Assembly (NCBI GenBank): GCA_001029715.1
Contig: CP011212.1
Span: forward strand, 398,936 to 462,935
Direction: 5' to 3'
From: a candidate division TM6 bacterium GW2011_GWF2_28_16
Lineage (GTDB): Bacteria > Patescibacteriota > Microgenomatia > UBA1400 > PJMF01
DNA length: 64,000 nucleotides
Part shown: piece after piece, positions 46,575 to 55,929 of the stretch
How positions within the stretch are numbered: the first letter of the stretch is position 1
How the letters are laid out: each line of letters begins with the position of its first letter
Program-made: the position numbers and the translations under genes
The notes under the pieces: generated by a model
Told to the model about the DNA's origin: nothing
What the model saw: the letters and a program-made list of their open reading frames with translations, nothing else
Databases searched by the model: none

Positions 46575-46764
46575 ATTACCGCTTGCGCTGATTCTCAATT
46601 CTTGCTACTTTAATTATTGCTGTGGAACATAGTGAAAATCTATGACTGTGCCGCAACGGTAATTCCTTTTTAAGGATTAGTCCGATCTTCAGCAAAAGAG
46701 AAATCTTGACGAGCATCGAGGCTGTATATTTTACTGTCGATGCTCCCTAAAGGGGAGCTTTTTT
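46575..46764 (+). ncRNA. Candidate structured RNA (riboswitch-like leader or sRNA) ending in an intrinsic terminator
   Basis: A long-range helix pairs ATTACCG-c-TTGCG (46575-46587) with CGCAACGGTAAT (46652-46663). Internal hairpin CATAG/CTATG, and hairpin TCCTT/AAGGA. A 9-bp helix GAGCATCGA(46711-46719)/TCGATGCTC(46737-46745) shares 4 nt with the terminator GCTCCC(46742-46747)/GGGAGC(46753-46758)+T6. Confidence 0.4.
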
Positions 46765-46780
46765 GTTCAAAGAACCACGG

Positions 46781-46799
46781 CTATTAATATTATTAATAG
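46781..46799. promoter_or_regulatory. Perfect 19-nt palindrome CTATTAATATTATTAATAG over a candidate -10, nested in AACCACG/CGTGGTT arms (46773-46813)
   Basis: Read directly. Candidate promoter TTGTTC(46763-46768)-16 nt-TAATAT(46785-46790). The RBS AAGAAAGG and ATG 46841 follow. Confidence 0.5.
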
Positions 46800-46840
46800 T
46801 TATCTTCGTGGTTAATTTCTGCGAAGTAAGAAAGGTTTTT

Positions 46841-47542
46841 ATGAACACAAAAGCTATCGAAATGGCAGGCAGTATTGGAATTGAGCTAAGCCAAATAAAT
46901 TCAGAATGGACTTCTCTTCAAAGCATTGATTCTTCTTCAATATTAGAGAATGCAGGTAAGGAAGCAGGCATAGAAGATCGTCAGTGGCAAAAATTGCTTT
47001 CTCAAGCTGGTTCTTGGGTGATTGATGGTTTGGATAAAAAGATATTTGAAATACAAAATAAAGTAATTGAGCAAACAACTGCCATTGAGTTAAGAAAAAT
47101 GTTTGGTGTTCCACTTTCATTGCTAGCAATGCCTGTTTTTGTAGAGTTGGCAGGAATGGAATTGGCAGCGAAAATTGATTTGAAAAAAGAAGCCATGATG
47201 ACCTCTCAAATTTGGGAACAAATTAATAACAGAGTTTTATATATGGTTCAACTTTTCTTAGCAGAGCAAATCAATTTGGTCGAAGATGAAGAAAAAGCTC
47301 ATCAGAGTGCTTTGAGTGAATCAAAGAAAGAAGCCGACGGAGTCTCTGGTTTATCAGAAACGGTGGGAGCTGTGGAGAATCAATTTGCTTCAAAGCTGGA
47401 AAAACTAAAAGATAAGAAAGAATCTTTAATAAGTGTTTTCAAAAAGATTGGTGGAGATTTAGTTAATACTGTTGAGAGAGCTTTTGAGACTACTGTTTTT
47501 AGTGCGAGTAGGCAAAGTACTGCTGTTACGGTGATTCAATAA
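46841..47542 (+). CDS. Hypothetical helical protein (233 aa from ATG 46841)
   Basis: The track ORF begins at a TTG inside the terminator/promoter region. ATG 46841 has the RBS AAGAAAGG. No family recognised. Confidence 0.5.
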   Translation: MNTKAIEMAGSIGIELSQINSEWTSLQSIDSSSILENAGKEAGIEDRQWQKLLSQAGSWVIDGLDKKIFEIQNKVIEQTTAIELRKMFGVPLSLLAMPVFVELAGMELAAKIDLKKEAMMTSQIWEQINNRVLYMVQLFLAEQINLVEDEEKAHQSALSESKKEADGVSGLSETVGAVENQFASKLEKLKDKKESLISVFKKIGGDLVNTVERAFETTVFSASRQSTAVTVIQ

Positions 47543-47547
47543 ACTTG

Positions 47548-47618
47548 ATCCCGGGCCAGGATTTGAACCTAGAATAATTGATTCAGAGTCAATTGTGATG
47601 CCATTTCACTACCCGGGA
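47548..47618 (-). tRNA. tRNA-Gln (anticodon CUG)
   Basis: The reverse complement TCCCGGGTAGTGAAATGGCATCACAATTGACTCTGAATCAATTATTCTAGGTTCAAATCCTGGCCCGGGAT folds as a cloverleaf. It has a U1-A72 pair (typical of bacterial tRNA-Gln), anticodon loop CTCTGAA and T-loop TTCAAAT. Confidence 0.88.
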
Positions 47619-47690
47619 GGGTAAATTTTAAGATTTTTTTATTCTCTGATTATATAACAAAAGCAGTTTTTTGTTCTACAGAGGATAAAT

Positions 47691-48356
47691 ATGAAAAAAA
47701 TATTAATTTTAGAAAATGACTGGACTCTTTTATCTTCTTTAAGCGATTTTTTAAAAAAGAAGGGACATTTATCTTATTGTTCTCAATCTATAAAAAGAGC
47801 TGAAGAATTACTCAAAAAAAAGACCTTTGATTTATTTTTATGCGAAAGGGTTTTGCCAGATGGAGATACTTTAGATTTATTAGAAAAAATGAAAGAAAGA
47901 AAGCTTTTTACGAGAGTTTTAGTTTTTAGTTCTAAAAAATCTTTAGTAGATCGGATTGCTACATTAAAATTAGCAGATGATTTTATAGCCAAACCATTTA
48001 ATTTTACGGAATTAACTTTAAAAATAAAGAATATCTTATGTTTAGAAAAAATAAGAGATCAAGATTTTTTTGAAAATTCATTTCTCTCGCTTAAAGAAGA
48101 TAGTTTTTTTACTGATAAAGTAAATCATTTTCGTCCTCAAGAATTAAAAATTTTAGAATGTTTCTCTAAGCATAGAAATTTTGTTATTTCGTATGAAACC
48201 ATATCCTCTTATGTTTGGGGCTATAAAGAAACAATTCCTCTTAAAAAAACAATTAGTGTTTATATTAGAAGAATAAGAATAAAGCTTCCAAATAATTTTA
48301 AGATAGAAACAATTAAAAATAGAGGATATAGATTTATTAATTTAAAGGAAAAATAA
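47691..48356 (+). CDS. OmpR-family response regulator with Glu in place of the phospho-acceptor Asp
   Basis: A receiver domain plus a C-terminal winged helix (IETIKNRGYRF). Aligned to the OmpR consensus, DLVLLD becomes DLFLCE. The conserved S/T (VFSS) and K (AKPF) are retained. Confidence 0.8.
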   Translation: MKKILILENDWTLLSSLSDFLKKKGHLSYCSQSIKRAEELLKKKTFDLFLCERVLPDGDTLDLLEKMKERKLFTRVLVFSSKKSLVDRIATLKLADDFIAKPFNFTELTLKIKNILCLEKIRDQDFFENSFLSLKEDSFFTDKVNHFRPQELKILECFSKHRNFVISYETISSYVWGYKETIPLKKTISVYIRRIRIKLPNNFKIETIKNRGYRFINLKEK

Positions 48357-48786
48357 TTCTAAAAGTGGCACCTTTATTTTTTTTAGAAATAATTTCTAAT
48401 TTAGCTTTAAATTCCTTTTCTAAAATTTCATTAATTTGGAACATATTTGAATTGGAGTTTTTTTCTCTAAATAAAAACCCTTTTTGTTTGACTAGTGCTT
48501 TTTCTAAAAAAGACAGGCCAATTCCTCCACCCGTTATACTTATTGAAAGTTTTTTTGAACTTTCGATATTGCTAGTAATTAGAATTACTTTATTTTCTGA
48601 ATTGCTATTTGGATAAGCTTGTTCTGCATTCTTTATTAGTTTGTTTAGTAATTCTTCAAAAATATATTTTTTGCCAGGAATTCTAATTTCATTAGGAAGA
48701 TCAATTTTCAAAATGTAAACAAACTTCTTTTGCTTGATACGTAAAATGTTGGTGGTTTTTATAATTATTTCTCCAACATTTTTCAT
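48337..48786 (-). CDS. Stand-alone HATPase_c-domain protein (truncated kinase or RsbW/SpoIIAB-like)
   Basis: 149 aa with N-box-like LLNKLIKNAEQA, G-box ITGGGIGL and a C-terminal GATFRIIFP. There is no DHp/H-box. Its 3' end overlaps the response regulator 3' end by 20 nt. Confidence 0.55.
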   Translation of the reverse strand: MKNVGEIIIKTTNILRIKQKKFVYILKIDLPNEIRIPGKKYIFEELLNKLIKNAEQAYPNSNSENKVILITSNIESSKKLSISITGGGIGLSFLEKALVKQKGFLFREKNSNSNMFQINEILEKEFKAKLEIISKKNKGATFRIIFPLN

Positions 48787-48818
48787 GATGGAGAAATTTT
48801 AAAACTTCAACTTAAAAT

Positions 48819-50321
48819 TTATTTAAAATTCTCTTCTTTTATCTCCCAAATCTCTAAACAAGGTGCTCCGTTTGGTCGGCAGAAGCTCTTGAGGAGGTCT
48901 GCTTCGGGGAGTTTCATTTCTAGGCGATGAGAATTAACTATTAATAATTTGTTGTCAAAATCTCTGGCTTTTTGCCAAAACTCAGCGGGAATTTCTCTAA
49001 CTGGTTGACCGATGCCTTCGACGTAAATATTTTCAACGTTTTGATTATGGAGATTGAGCAAGATACCATCTGGGAGAGTGCCAAAATAGCCCTCGGTGGC
49101 GACGGCTACCCTTTGTGTTTCGGCTAGCTCTTGGATATAGGAGACCGATTCTTTGATGCCATGTCCTGAAGCCCAGCTTTCGAGAAACTGTTCTCGATCG
49201 ACTCTGCTTAGTTGTAGCTGATCGACTTTGAAGTAAGATGTGGAGATAAATAAAATCGATGGTAAGATAATTAAAAGCAAAAATAGATACTTGAAGATTT
49301 TCTTGTTGAAATTTTGTAGAGAAATAGTTGCTGAAGCAATAAAAAATAAACTACTGGGTAGGATGTAGCGAGGGTAAATAATTCTTCCGAGCAAAGCCAA
49401 AGGGAAAATAAAAATTAAACCAGATAAAAACAGAACCACTTGTTTACGTCTGGTTTTAGCTGAAAGCGGCAAGGCTAAGAGCAAAATCACTGGTCCCAGA
49501 TAATAAATGAGTTGTTCGTAGAAGAACTGACTGTTTTGCCAAAAAATCGTAAAAATTTCAGTGGACAAAATCACAGAGCGAGGTTGCAAAAAATTCCCTC
49601 CAACAGCAAATAATTGACTGAAAAGCGGTATTATTCTAAAGCTATAAAAAGCCAATCCAGCCAAAAGCAAGCCTACACTAATTTTAATGCTTTTATTAAT
49701 GATTAATTTTAAATTCAATTTTTCTTCAAAAAAAATCGCTAAGTAAAAGACTGGCATGAAGAGAAGAGCTGGGGTTTTACTCATAATGCTTAGTAAGAAA
49801 AAGAAAGCAAAAGGCAAAATTGGCCAGATCTTTTTATTTCTAATTATTAAGAGAGCAAAATAATAAGAAATAATCAGATTGGCAAATAAGAGCCCATCAG
49901 TTAAAGCCATGCGATTATAGAAAAAAGTAAAAGGACTAATAATTGCTAAGAACATGGCCAGATGAGCAGCCTTCTTTTCCTTGATTTTTCTCATGATTAA
50001 GAAAATCATTGAAACACTTACTCCTCCGACTAAAACCGCTAATAACCTAGCCGCGAAAAGCTGGTCAGTAATTAATTTCAAAAAAGGCAACATCAGCCAC
50101 ATCAGTAGAGGGGTTTTACCATCATTCATTGGATAAAAAAGATAGCGATTAAAATCATCAATAATCAGTTGTGACCAGCGAATATAGATTGATTCATCAG
50201 CAAAAACTGGTAAAGAAGTTAAATGAAAAAGATGCAAGGCAAAGTATAAAACAAGCAAAGCTAAAAAGAAAAAAAGAGTTTTATTTTTCACTTCTTCTAT
50301 TAAATAGGAAAAAGGTAGCAC
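48819..50321 (-). CDS. GT-C membrane glycosyltransferase (ArnT/PMT, GT39/GT83-like)
   Basis: About 12 TM helices, a first-loop acidic motif (LPVFADESIYIRW) and a soluble C-terminal domain. Confidence 0.7.
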   Translation of the reverse strand: MLPFSYLIEEVKNKTLFFFLALLVLYFALHLFHLTSLPVFADESIYIRWSQLIIDDFNRYLFYPMNDGKTPLLMWLMLPFLKLITDQLFAARLLAVLVGGVSVSMIFLIMRKIKEKKAAHLAMFLAIISPFTFFYNRMALTDGLLFANLIISYYFALLIIRNKKIWPILPFAFFFLLSIMSKTPALLFMPVFYLAIFFEEKLNLKLIINKSIKISVGLLLAGLAFYSFRIIPLFSQLFAVGGNFLQPRSVILSTEIFTIFWQNSQFFYEQLIYYLGPVILLLALPLSAKTRRKQVVLFLSGLIFIFPLALLGRIIYPRYILPSSLFFIASATISLQNFNKKIFKYLFLLLIILPSILFISTSYFKVDQLQLSRVDREQFLESWASGHGIKESVSYIQELAETQRVAVATEGYFGTLPDGILLNLHNQNVENIYVEGIGQPVREIPAEFWQKARDFDNKLLIVNSHRLEMKLPEADLLKSFCRPNGAPCLEIWEIKEENFK

Positions 50322-51471
50322 TAAGCAAGAGGTAGAAGCTAGGGATTAGCCAAGTAATGGCTTTTTGCAGGCTTTCCAAACTACTTGAATCCAAGTGAAA
50401 ACTCATCCAAGGCAGATAGTACATCCAAGGTAAATAGCGTAGCAATGAAGAAAAGGAAAAAACGATTAATAAATTTCTGAGAAATTTATTTTTGATTAAA
50501 GGTAAAAAGATTAGAGACCAAAGTAAATACCAAGGTAAAAACTGTTTGGATCTTTCAGTTAGCAATGGAGCGAACATTGCTAAAGCCATTAAATCGTAGG
50601 TAGGGAATTTGCCTAGTCTTCCTAGCCTATTTTTGAGTGCTAAATAAATTATTAGAGGTAACAAAACAATTGTGGCAAATTTAATAGAAATTGATACAGT
50701 AAGCAAAACAGCAATTAAGATAATCTTGAAAATTTTTTTCTTTTGTAAATTAGTCGCTAGATAAACAGCTAATAAAGCTGGAGCCAGCATCCATAGATCA
50801 TTATGAGCACTGCTGAGAATTTCAATTAAAAGTAATGGATTTAAAAAGAATAAAGCTAATTTAAAATAGTTAGCTTTCTTGAAAAACTTTTCACTAATCA
50901 GCAGAGCTAGAATTAAGGAAAGAAAAGCAAATAGTTTAAAAACGATAAAGGTGGAAAGAAATTTCCCCAGTCCAGCTAGATATGGCAACAGTGACAAAGT
51001 AGTCCAACCATAACCATATGGAGCCGGGGTGTGAATGTTGTTCATGAAACGCAACATCGGATCATTAGGAAAATTAATGGCAGTTTGAACATGTGGATTA
51101 GCCCCATACTCGATGATCATTTTTGCATTAAAAATATAATTAAAAAGATCGTGAGAGAGGGCGTTGTAAGAAAAAATTAGGGGCAAACTGACAATGATTA
51201 GAAACTTCCAAAAATTTTGGCGAACATCAAGTTTTAAGCCATGCCAATTTTTAAGGATAAGCAAATAATTAATGAAGATCAAAGTGATTAGAACGCCATA
51301 GAAAATAGTTCTAAAATTTTGTAATGGTAAAACATGTTGCCAAAGATAAGTTTGAAGAGAAACAAAAAAATTAAGATTCAGCAAAGTCAGATTAGGATCG
51401 GTCAAAACAAAAGAAAAAATCGCAAAAACAACAAATAAAAAAAAATAACTTTTAAGTAAAAAACTTTTCAT
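50281..51471 (-). CDS. Polytopic membrane protein, probable GT-C glycosyltransferase (DUF2029/GT87-like)
   Basis: A loop SHDLFNYIFNAKMIIEYGANPH...PAPYGYGW resembles the S.D..Y...NPY...YGP pattern of mannosyltransferase-like GT-C families. This assignment is from memory only. Confidence 0.5.
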   Translation of the reverse strand: MKSFLLKSYFFLFVVFAIFSFVLTDPNLTLLNLNFFVSLQTYLWQHVLPLQNFRTIFYGVLITLIFINYLLILKNWHGLKLDVRQNFWKFLIIVSLPLIFSYNALSHDLFNYIFNAKMIIEYGANPHVQTAINFPNDPMLRFMNNIHTPAPYGYGWTTLSLLPYLAGLGKFLSTFIVFKLFAFLSLILALLISEKFFKKANYFKLALFFLNPLLLIEILSSAHNDLWMLAPALLAVYLATNLQKKKIFKIILIAVLLTVSISIKFATIVLLPLIIYLALKNRLGRLGKFPTYDLMALAMFAPLLTERSKQFLPWYLLWSLIFLPLIKNKFLRNLLIVFSFSSLLRYLPWMYYLPWMSFHLDSSSLESLQKAITWLIPSFYLLLSATFFLFNRRSEK

Positions 51472-52223
51472 TTTTTTGGATACTTGCCATTTAATTCAGC
51501 CATTCTGATTCGCAAAATATCAGCAAACATCAAAATGGAATCTCTCACCGGACTAACTCTATTACTTTGGAAGTGTTTCCATAAAATTGGTACCTCCTTC
51601 ATTGCAAACCCATATTTTTTAGCTAAATAGAGTAGCTCTACATCAAAGGCACCAGTAAAAGCATCTTGGCGTTCATTTTTACCAGAGTAAATGTATAGAT
51701 TATTAAACAGTTTTTCAGTAGTTCTCTCTGAAAAAAGCTTAAAGCCACACTGACTATCTTGAATGCCGGAAAGAGCCAATAGCTGAACGAGATAGTTAAA
51801 GCCTCTGCCCATCAGATGGCGATAAAAAGGCTCTTTTTCTCTTTTGGCGCCAATTATTTCTCTAGAGCCAAAAATGACTTCATATTCGCTATTATATTTA
51901 AGCAATTTACGAACTTCTCGAAGCGGAGTTGATTGATCAAAATCAGAGAATAAGCGCCAAGCACCATTGGCTTTGAGCATACCAGACTTAACAGTTGGAC
52001 CTTTACCTTTGTGTTGATTCAAAATTAGTTTAATACGCTCATCTTTTCGACTAAATTCTTCTAGAGCTCTGATGGTTCCATCAGTACTACCATCATCAGT
52101 CAGAATTAGCTCCCAAGATTTTTGATAGTCCCTCAGAAATTGGTAAACTTCTTCAAGAATACCACGTCTAATATTTTTCATTTCATTGTAGGAGGGGAGT
52201 ACAACCGACAAATATGGTTTCAT
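51468..52223 (-). CDS. GT2 polyprenyl-phosphate glycosyltransferase (dolichyl-phosphate glucosyl/mannosyltransferase-like)
   Basis: LSVVLPSYNEMKNI, LTDDGSTDGT, a DxD-like FSDFDQS, and QCGFKLF. Confidence 0.8.
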   Translation of the reverse strand: MKPYLSVVLPSYNEMKNIRRGILEEVYQFLRDYQKSWELILTDDGSTDGTIRALEEFSRKDERIKLILNQHKGKGPTVKSGMLKANGAWRLFSDFDQSTPLREVRKLLKYNSEYEVIFGSREIIGAKREKEPFYRHLMGRGFNYLVQLLALSGIQDSQCGFKLFSERTTEKLFNNLYIYSGKNERQDAFTGAFDVELLYLAKKYGFAMKEVPILWKHFQSNRVSPVRDSILMFADILRIRMAELNGKYPKK

Positions 52224-52228
52224 AAAAT

Positions 52229-53773
52229 TTATTTATTATAACTAGTTAAAACACTAATTTCTGGACCATTTTCCATTTGAAAAACTTCGTCAATAGTTCT
52301 ACTTGGAAAAACAACTACTTCATAGAGAGATGTATCGAAAATATCATTTCTAACTTCTTTTTCATCATTAATAATAAAAAGTTTAGTGGCTAATTGATGA
52401 TCTTCAAGTTTGACTATTTTGTTTTCTTTAGTACTTAGAAAATATCGATAACTCATGCCATAAGAATCTTTAGATGGGGAAAAGAGAACAATATTATATT
52501 TTTCATCTTTATTAACTCTTCTATAAATCTCATCGCTAGTTTTACTCATGTCTCCTGGTTTCCAGCCAGCGTCTTTAATTGAATATCTACTTATATTACT
52601 TGAAATAAAAAATGCTAAAAATGGCAAAATAATTGCCAACATTAACCATTTATTTTTAAATTTAGCAAAGAAAAGGCCGTAAAGAATATAAACAAAAGGA
52701 AATAGATAGGCGATGTAGTGTTCATAAACCTCATGCTGGTAAAGACTAATGCCAATTATGCCAGGTAACAAATAAGCTAATAATACGATCTCGCTATCTT
52801 TGATTTTATTTTTATTTTTAACTAAATAAAATACGCTTGAAAGCAAAAGAAGATATAAAAGTGGATAATTTATTTTGTTAGCTGCAAAGCTTGGTTCAAA
52901 AAGAATTTGTGAAGCGCGATTTTTCAGATCGATTGTTACAAATTTAGTAATTGCGCCAAAACCTTCTCGACCCTTTTTTCTTTGTAAGTCAAAGCTCTCT
53001 TCCTTAACTAAAATCTTTGTGAAAGATTTGGCATTTGTGAAGTCATGCTTGTAATCAAAAAGCATGAGGGGAGTTAGAGAAATTATGAAAATAAGAACTG
53101 CTAGCGCAACATGTTTAAAAAACCTTTTTTCTTCGACAAAGAAATGTTTTTTGTTATTTTTAATTTTAGCAATGAGTTGGATTAAGAATACAATTCCTGC
53201 TCCTGATAAAGAGAGCAGAGTTACATAGTGCAATTGAATTAACAGGCTAAAACAAAGTGAAACCAAAAGCCAATATTTTGTATTTTTTTTCCAAGCTAAA
53301 AAAGTGAAATAAAACATCAATAAACTAAAAAATGGGGCGATGTTTGGGTTCCAACTAAAACGGGCAAGATTAACCACGCCGGCCGACAAAGTGAAAAAAA
53401 TTGTCGATATATAAGCAGTTTTTTTGTTAAAAAGTTTTTTAGTAATTTTGAAGAGCAAAAAAACTGTTAGAACACTTAAGCCAGCCACGGCATAAACTGG
53501 CCCAATTGGATTTGGGTAAGACAAGAACAAAAATGGCAACATAAAATAATAATAAAAAGGTCCTAAATACATGTTGCCAATACTAGTTACTGGACCAATA
53601 AAAACAGGATCTTTTTCTTTAAAAATTTGTGAAACTACTAAAGCATCTCTTCCCTGATCTCCTTGAAACATAAAAGTGTTTTTGAGATTAAAGAAACGTA
53701 AGAATATGGCTAAAGCTAAGATAAAAAATAAAAATAAGTATTCTTTTTTTATTTTTCTAATAGAGTCAAACAT
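52229..53773 (-). CDS. GT-C membrane glycosyltransferase (ArnT-like), paralog of the partial gene at 63591
   Basis: The first loop FQGDQGRDALVV...FIGPVTSIGNMYLGPFYYY aligns with FQFDHGKDSLAV...LIGPWTSIPGLYFGPAWYY in the last ORF. ATG 53773 is preferred over 53836. Confidence 0.65.
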   Translation of the reverse strand: MFDSIRKIKKEYLFLFFILALAIFLRFFNLKNTFMFQGDQGRDALVVSQIFKEKDPVFIGPVTSIGNMYLGPFYYYFMLPFLFLSYPNPIGPVYAVAGLSVLTVFLLFKITKKLFNKKTAYISTIFFTLSAGVVNLARFSWNPNIAPFFSLLMFYFTFLAWKKNTKYWLLVSLCFSLLIQLHYVTLLSLSGAGIVFLIQLIAKIKNNKKHFFVEEKRFFKHVALAVLIFIISLTPLMLFDYKHDFTNAKSFTKILVKEESFDLQRKKGREGFGAITKFVTIDLKNRASQILFEPSFAANKINYPLLYLLLLSSVFYLVKNKNKIKDSEIVLLAYLLPGIIGISLYQHEVYEHYIAYLFPFVYILYGLFFAKFKNKWLMLAIILPFLAFFISSNISRYSIKDAGWKPGDMSKTSDEIYRRVNKDEKYNIVLFSPSKDSYGMSYRYFLSTKENKIVKLEDHQLATKLFIINDEKEVRNDIFDTSLYEVVVFPSRTIDEVFQMENGPEISVLTSYNK

Positions 53774-53777
53774 GGTT

Positions 53778-54950
53778 TTATTTCTTCTTTTTCCAAACAA
53801 AAGTGCTGTAAGCGAAAAAATTCCAGAACATACCAACTAGAATACCCACCACTGCAGATATAACGCCCGTATCAATTATGTAGTTAACAATTGGTAGAGT
53901 AAATACAGGTTTAAGACCAATGGTAGCAGAAGTAAAGTAAGCAATGGCACTCTGAATTAAGATTGAGCCACCAGAAGATAAATTAAAAGTGAGAAAACTC
54001 ATTGGAATCTGACTGGCTTTTAACTTACGATCCTTAAAAGTCCAAAGATTGCTCCAAATAAAATTCGAGACGATAGCTGTTTCAATGGATAAAAAATTAG
54101 CAATCACGAAGCTTTTTTCTGATGAAAATGGTATTCTCCATAAAGATAAGGCGATTAGTTGAACCAAGGCTCCAAACCCTCCAACAATGGCAAATTTCAC
54201 CACTCTCATCTCTAAAATTTCTTTTATTCTAACCTTCATAAGATATAACAAAGTATTTTTGATATACTCTGGCCCTATTTTACTATTACCTACTACTCGA
54301 TCTTTAAATTCAAAAGGCACTTCTGCAATTTTGAAATTTTTACGCAAGGTTTTATGTAAAAAACCTATCTGAAAAGTATAACCTGAAAAACGATCATCAT
54401 GCAATTCATCTTCTATAGATAGGTATACTTCCTTTTTGATTGCTCGAAAGCCTGTCGTCCAATCTCTGATTGAGAAGTCCAGCATCAAAAAATTAATAAA
54501 AGCGTTTCCGACTATGCTTAAAAATTTACGATGTATGCCCCAGTTTTTAGGAATAGAGCCACCCTTAATGTATCTAGATCCTAAAACAAGGTCGTAGCCC
54601 TGATCAATCTTTTTTAAAAAAGCAGGAATTTTTTTAGGATCATGAGAGAGATCGGCATCAAACTCAAAAACTAAGTCTGCTTTTAATTTAGCAAAAGCAT
54701 GATTCATGCCAATCAAATAAGCCCCACCTAAGCCAGATTTTTTTTTATTGATTAATAATTCAAGAAATCTAAACTTTTTTTGTAAACTTTTCACGAGGAT
54801 TGCTGTGCCATCTGGAGAACTATCGTCAACTACTAAGATTTGCATTTGCCAATTTTTAATGCTTTTAAAAATTTCAGCAAGAGACTGGATGGTCTCTGCA
54901 ATATTACCTTTTTCATTATAAGTGGGAATAATGACAACGGCTTTTTTCAT
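53778..54950 (-). CDS. Polyprenol-monophosphomannose synthase-like GT2 fused to a C-terminal GtrA-like 4-TM domain
   Basis: AVVIIPTYNEKGNI, VVDDSSPDGT and DADLSHDP (DPM1/Ppm1 signatures), followed by a hydrophobic GtrA-like tail (FAIVGGFGALVQL...). ATG 54950 is preferred over the TTG at 54974. Confidence 0.8.
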   Translation of the reverse strand: MKKAVVIIPTYNEKGNIAETIQSLAEIFKSIKNWQMQILVVDDSSPDGTAILVKSLQKKFRFLELLINKKKSGLGGAYLIGMNHAFAKLKADLVFEFDADLSHDPKKIPAFLKKIDQGYDLVLGSRYIKGGSIPKNWGIHRKFLSIVGNAFINFLMLDFSIRDWTTGFRAIKKEVYLSIEDELHDDRFSGYTFQIGFLHKTLRKNFKIAEVPFEFKDRVVGNSKIGPEYIKNTLLYLMKVRIKEILEMRVVKFAIVGGFGALVQLIALSLWRIPFSSEKSFVIANFLSIETAIVSNFIWSNLWTFKDRKLKASQIPMSFLTFNLSSGGSILIQSAIAYFTSATIGLKPVFTLPIVNYIIDTGVISAVVGILVGMFWNFFAYSTFVWKKKK

Positions 54951-54951
54951 C

Positions 54952-55929
54952 TTAGTTAGGATTTTTACTTTCAAATTCTATATCTTGCGTCACCATCAAA
55001 GTAACCAATTCTTCAAAACTAACTGAAGGCTCCCACTTAAGAATCTTTTTAGCTTTTTCTGGATTGCCAATTAATAAATCAACTTCGGCTGGACGATCAT
55101 ATTTTTTATTATGTTTAACGTATTTTTGATAATCTCCTAGACCTGCAACTCTGAAAGCAATTTCCAAGAATTCTCTGACACTATGAGTTTCACCAGTAGC
55201 AATCACAAAATCATCGGCTTTATCTTGCTGTAACATTAACCACATGGCTTTGACGTAATCTTTGGCATAGCCCCAATCTCTCTTTGCATCTAAATTGCCC
55301 AACTCAATAAAGTCTTGTTTACCTAGTTTAATGCGAGCCACAGCATTACTAATCTTACGTGTTACGAATTCTAGTCCGCGACGAGGCGATTCATGATTGA
55401 AAAGAATACCAGAAACAGCAAACATATCGTATGATTCTCGATAGTTAACCGTAATCCAATGTCCATAGACTTTGGCTACGCCATAAGGTGAGCGGGGGTA
55501 AAAGGGAGTATTCTCATTTTGAGGAACTTCTCTAACTTTGCCAAACATTTCACTTGAGCTAGCTTGATAGAATTTAGCTTTTGGACAAGCCAATCTCATA
55601 GCATCTAAAACTCTGGTTACGCCAATAGCGGTAAATTCTCCAGTTAAAACCGGCTGCTCCCAAGAAGCTTTAACAAAAGACTGAGCAGCTAAATTATAAA
55701 TTTCATCTGGCTGGATATCTTGCAAAGCAAAAGTTAAAGAATGTTGATCAATTAAATCTCCAGAAATAAGTTCAAGGTTTGGATTGTGAATAATAGATTT
55801 AATGCGATCGAAATTTTGAGTACTAGTGCGACGGGTTAGGCCATAAACTTTATAACCTTTTTCAAGCAAAAGCTCGGCTAAATAAGAACCGTCTTGTCCA
55901 GTAATGCCCGTGATAAAAGCTTTTTTCAT
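54952..55929 (-). CDS. gmd: GDP-mannose 4,6-dehydratase
   Basis: [38 protein letters not shown], and NHESPRRG. The start at 55929 forms an ATGA overlap with the upstream gene. Confidence 0.9.
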   Translation of the reverse strand: MKKAFITGITGQDGSYLAELLLEKGYKVYGLTRRTSTQNFDRIKSIIHNPNLELISGDLIDQHSLTFALQDIQPDEIYNLAAQSFVKASWEQPVLTGEFTAIGVTRVLDAMRLACPKAKFYQASSSEMFGKVREVPQNENTPFYPRSPYGVAKVYGHWITVNYRESYDMFAVSGILFNHESPRRGLEFVTRKISNAVARIKLGKQDFIELGNLDAKRDWGYAKDYVKAMWLMLQQDKADDFVIATGETHSVREFLEIAFRVAGLGDYQKYVKHNKKYDRPAEVDLLIGNPEKAKKILKWEPSVSFEELVTLMVTQDIEFESKNPN

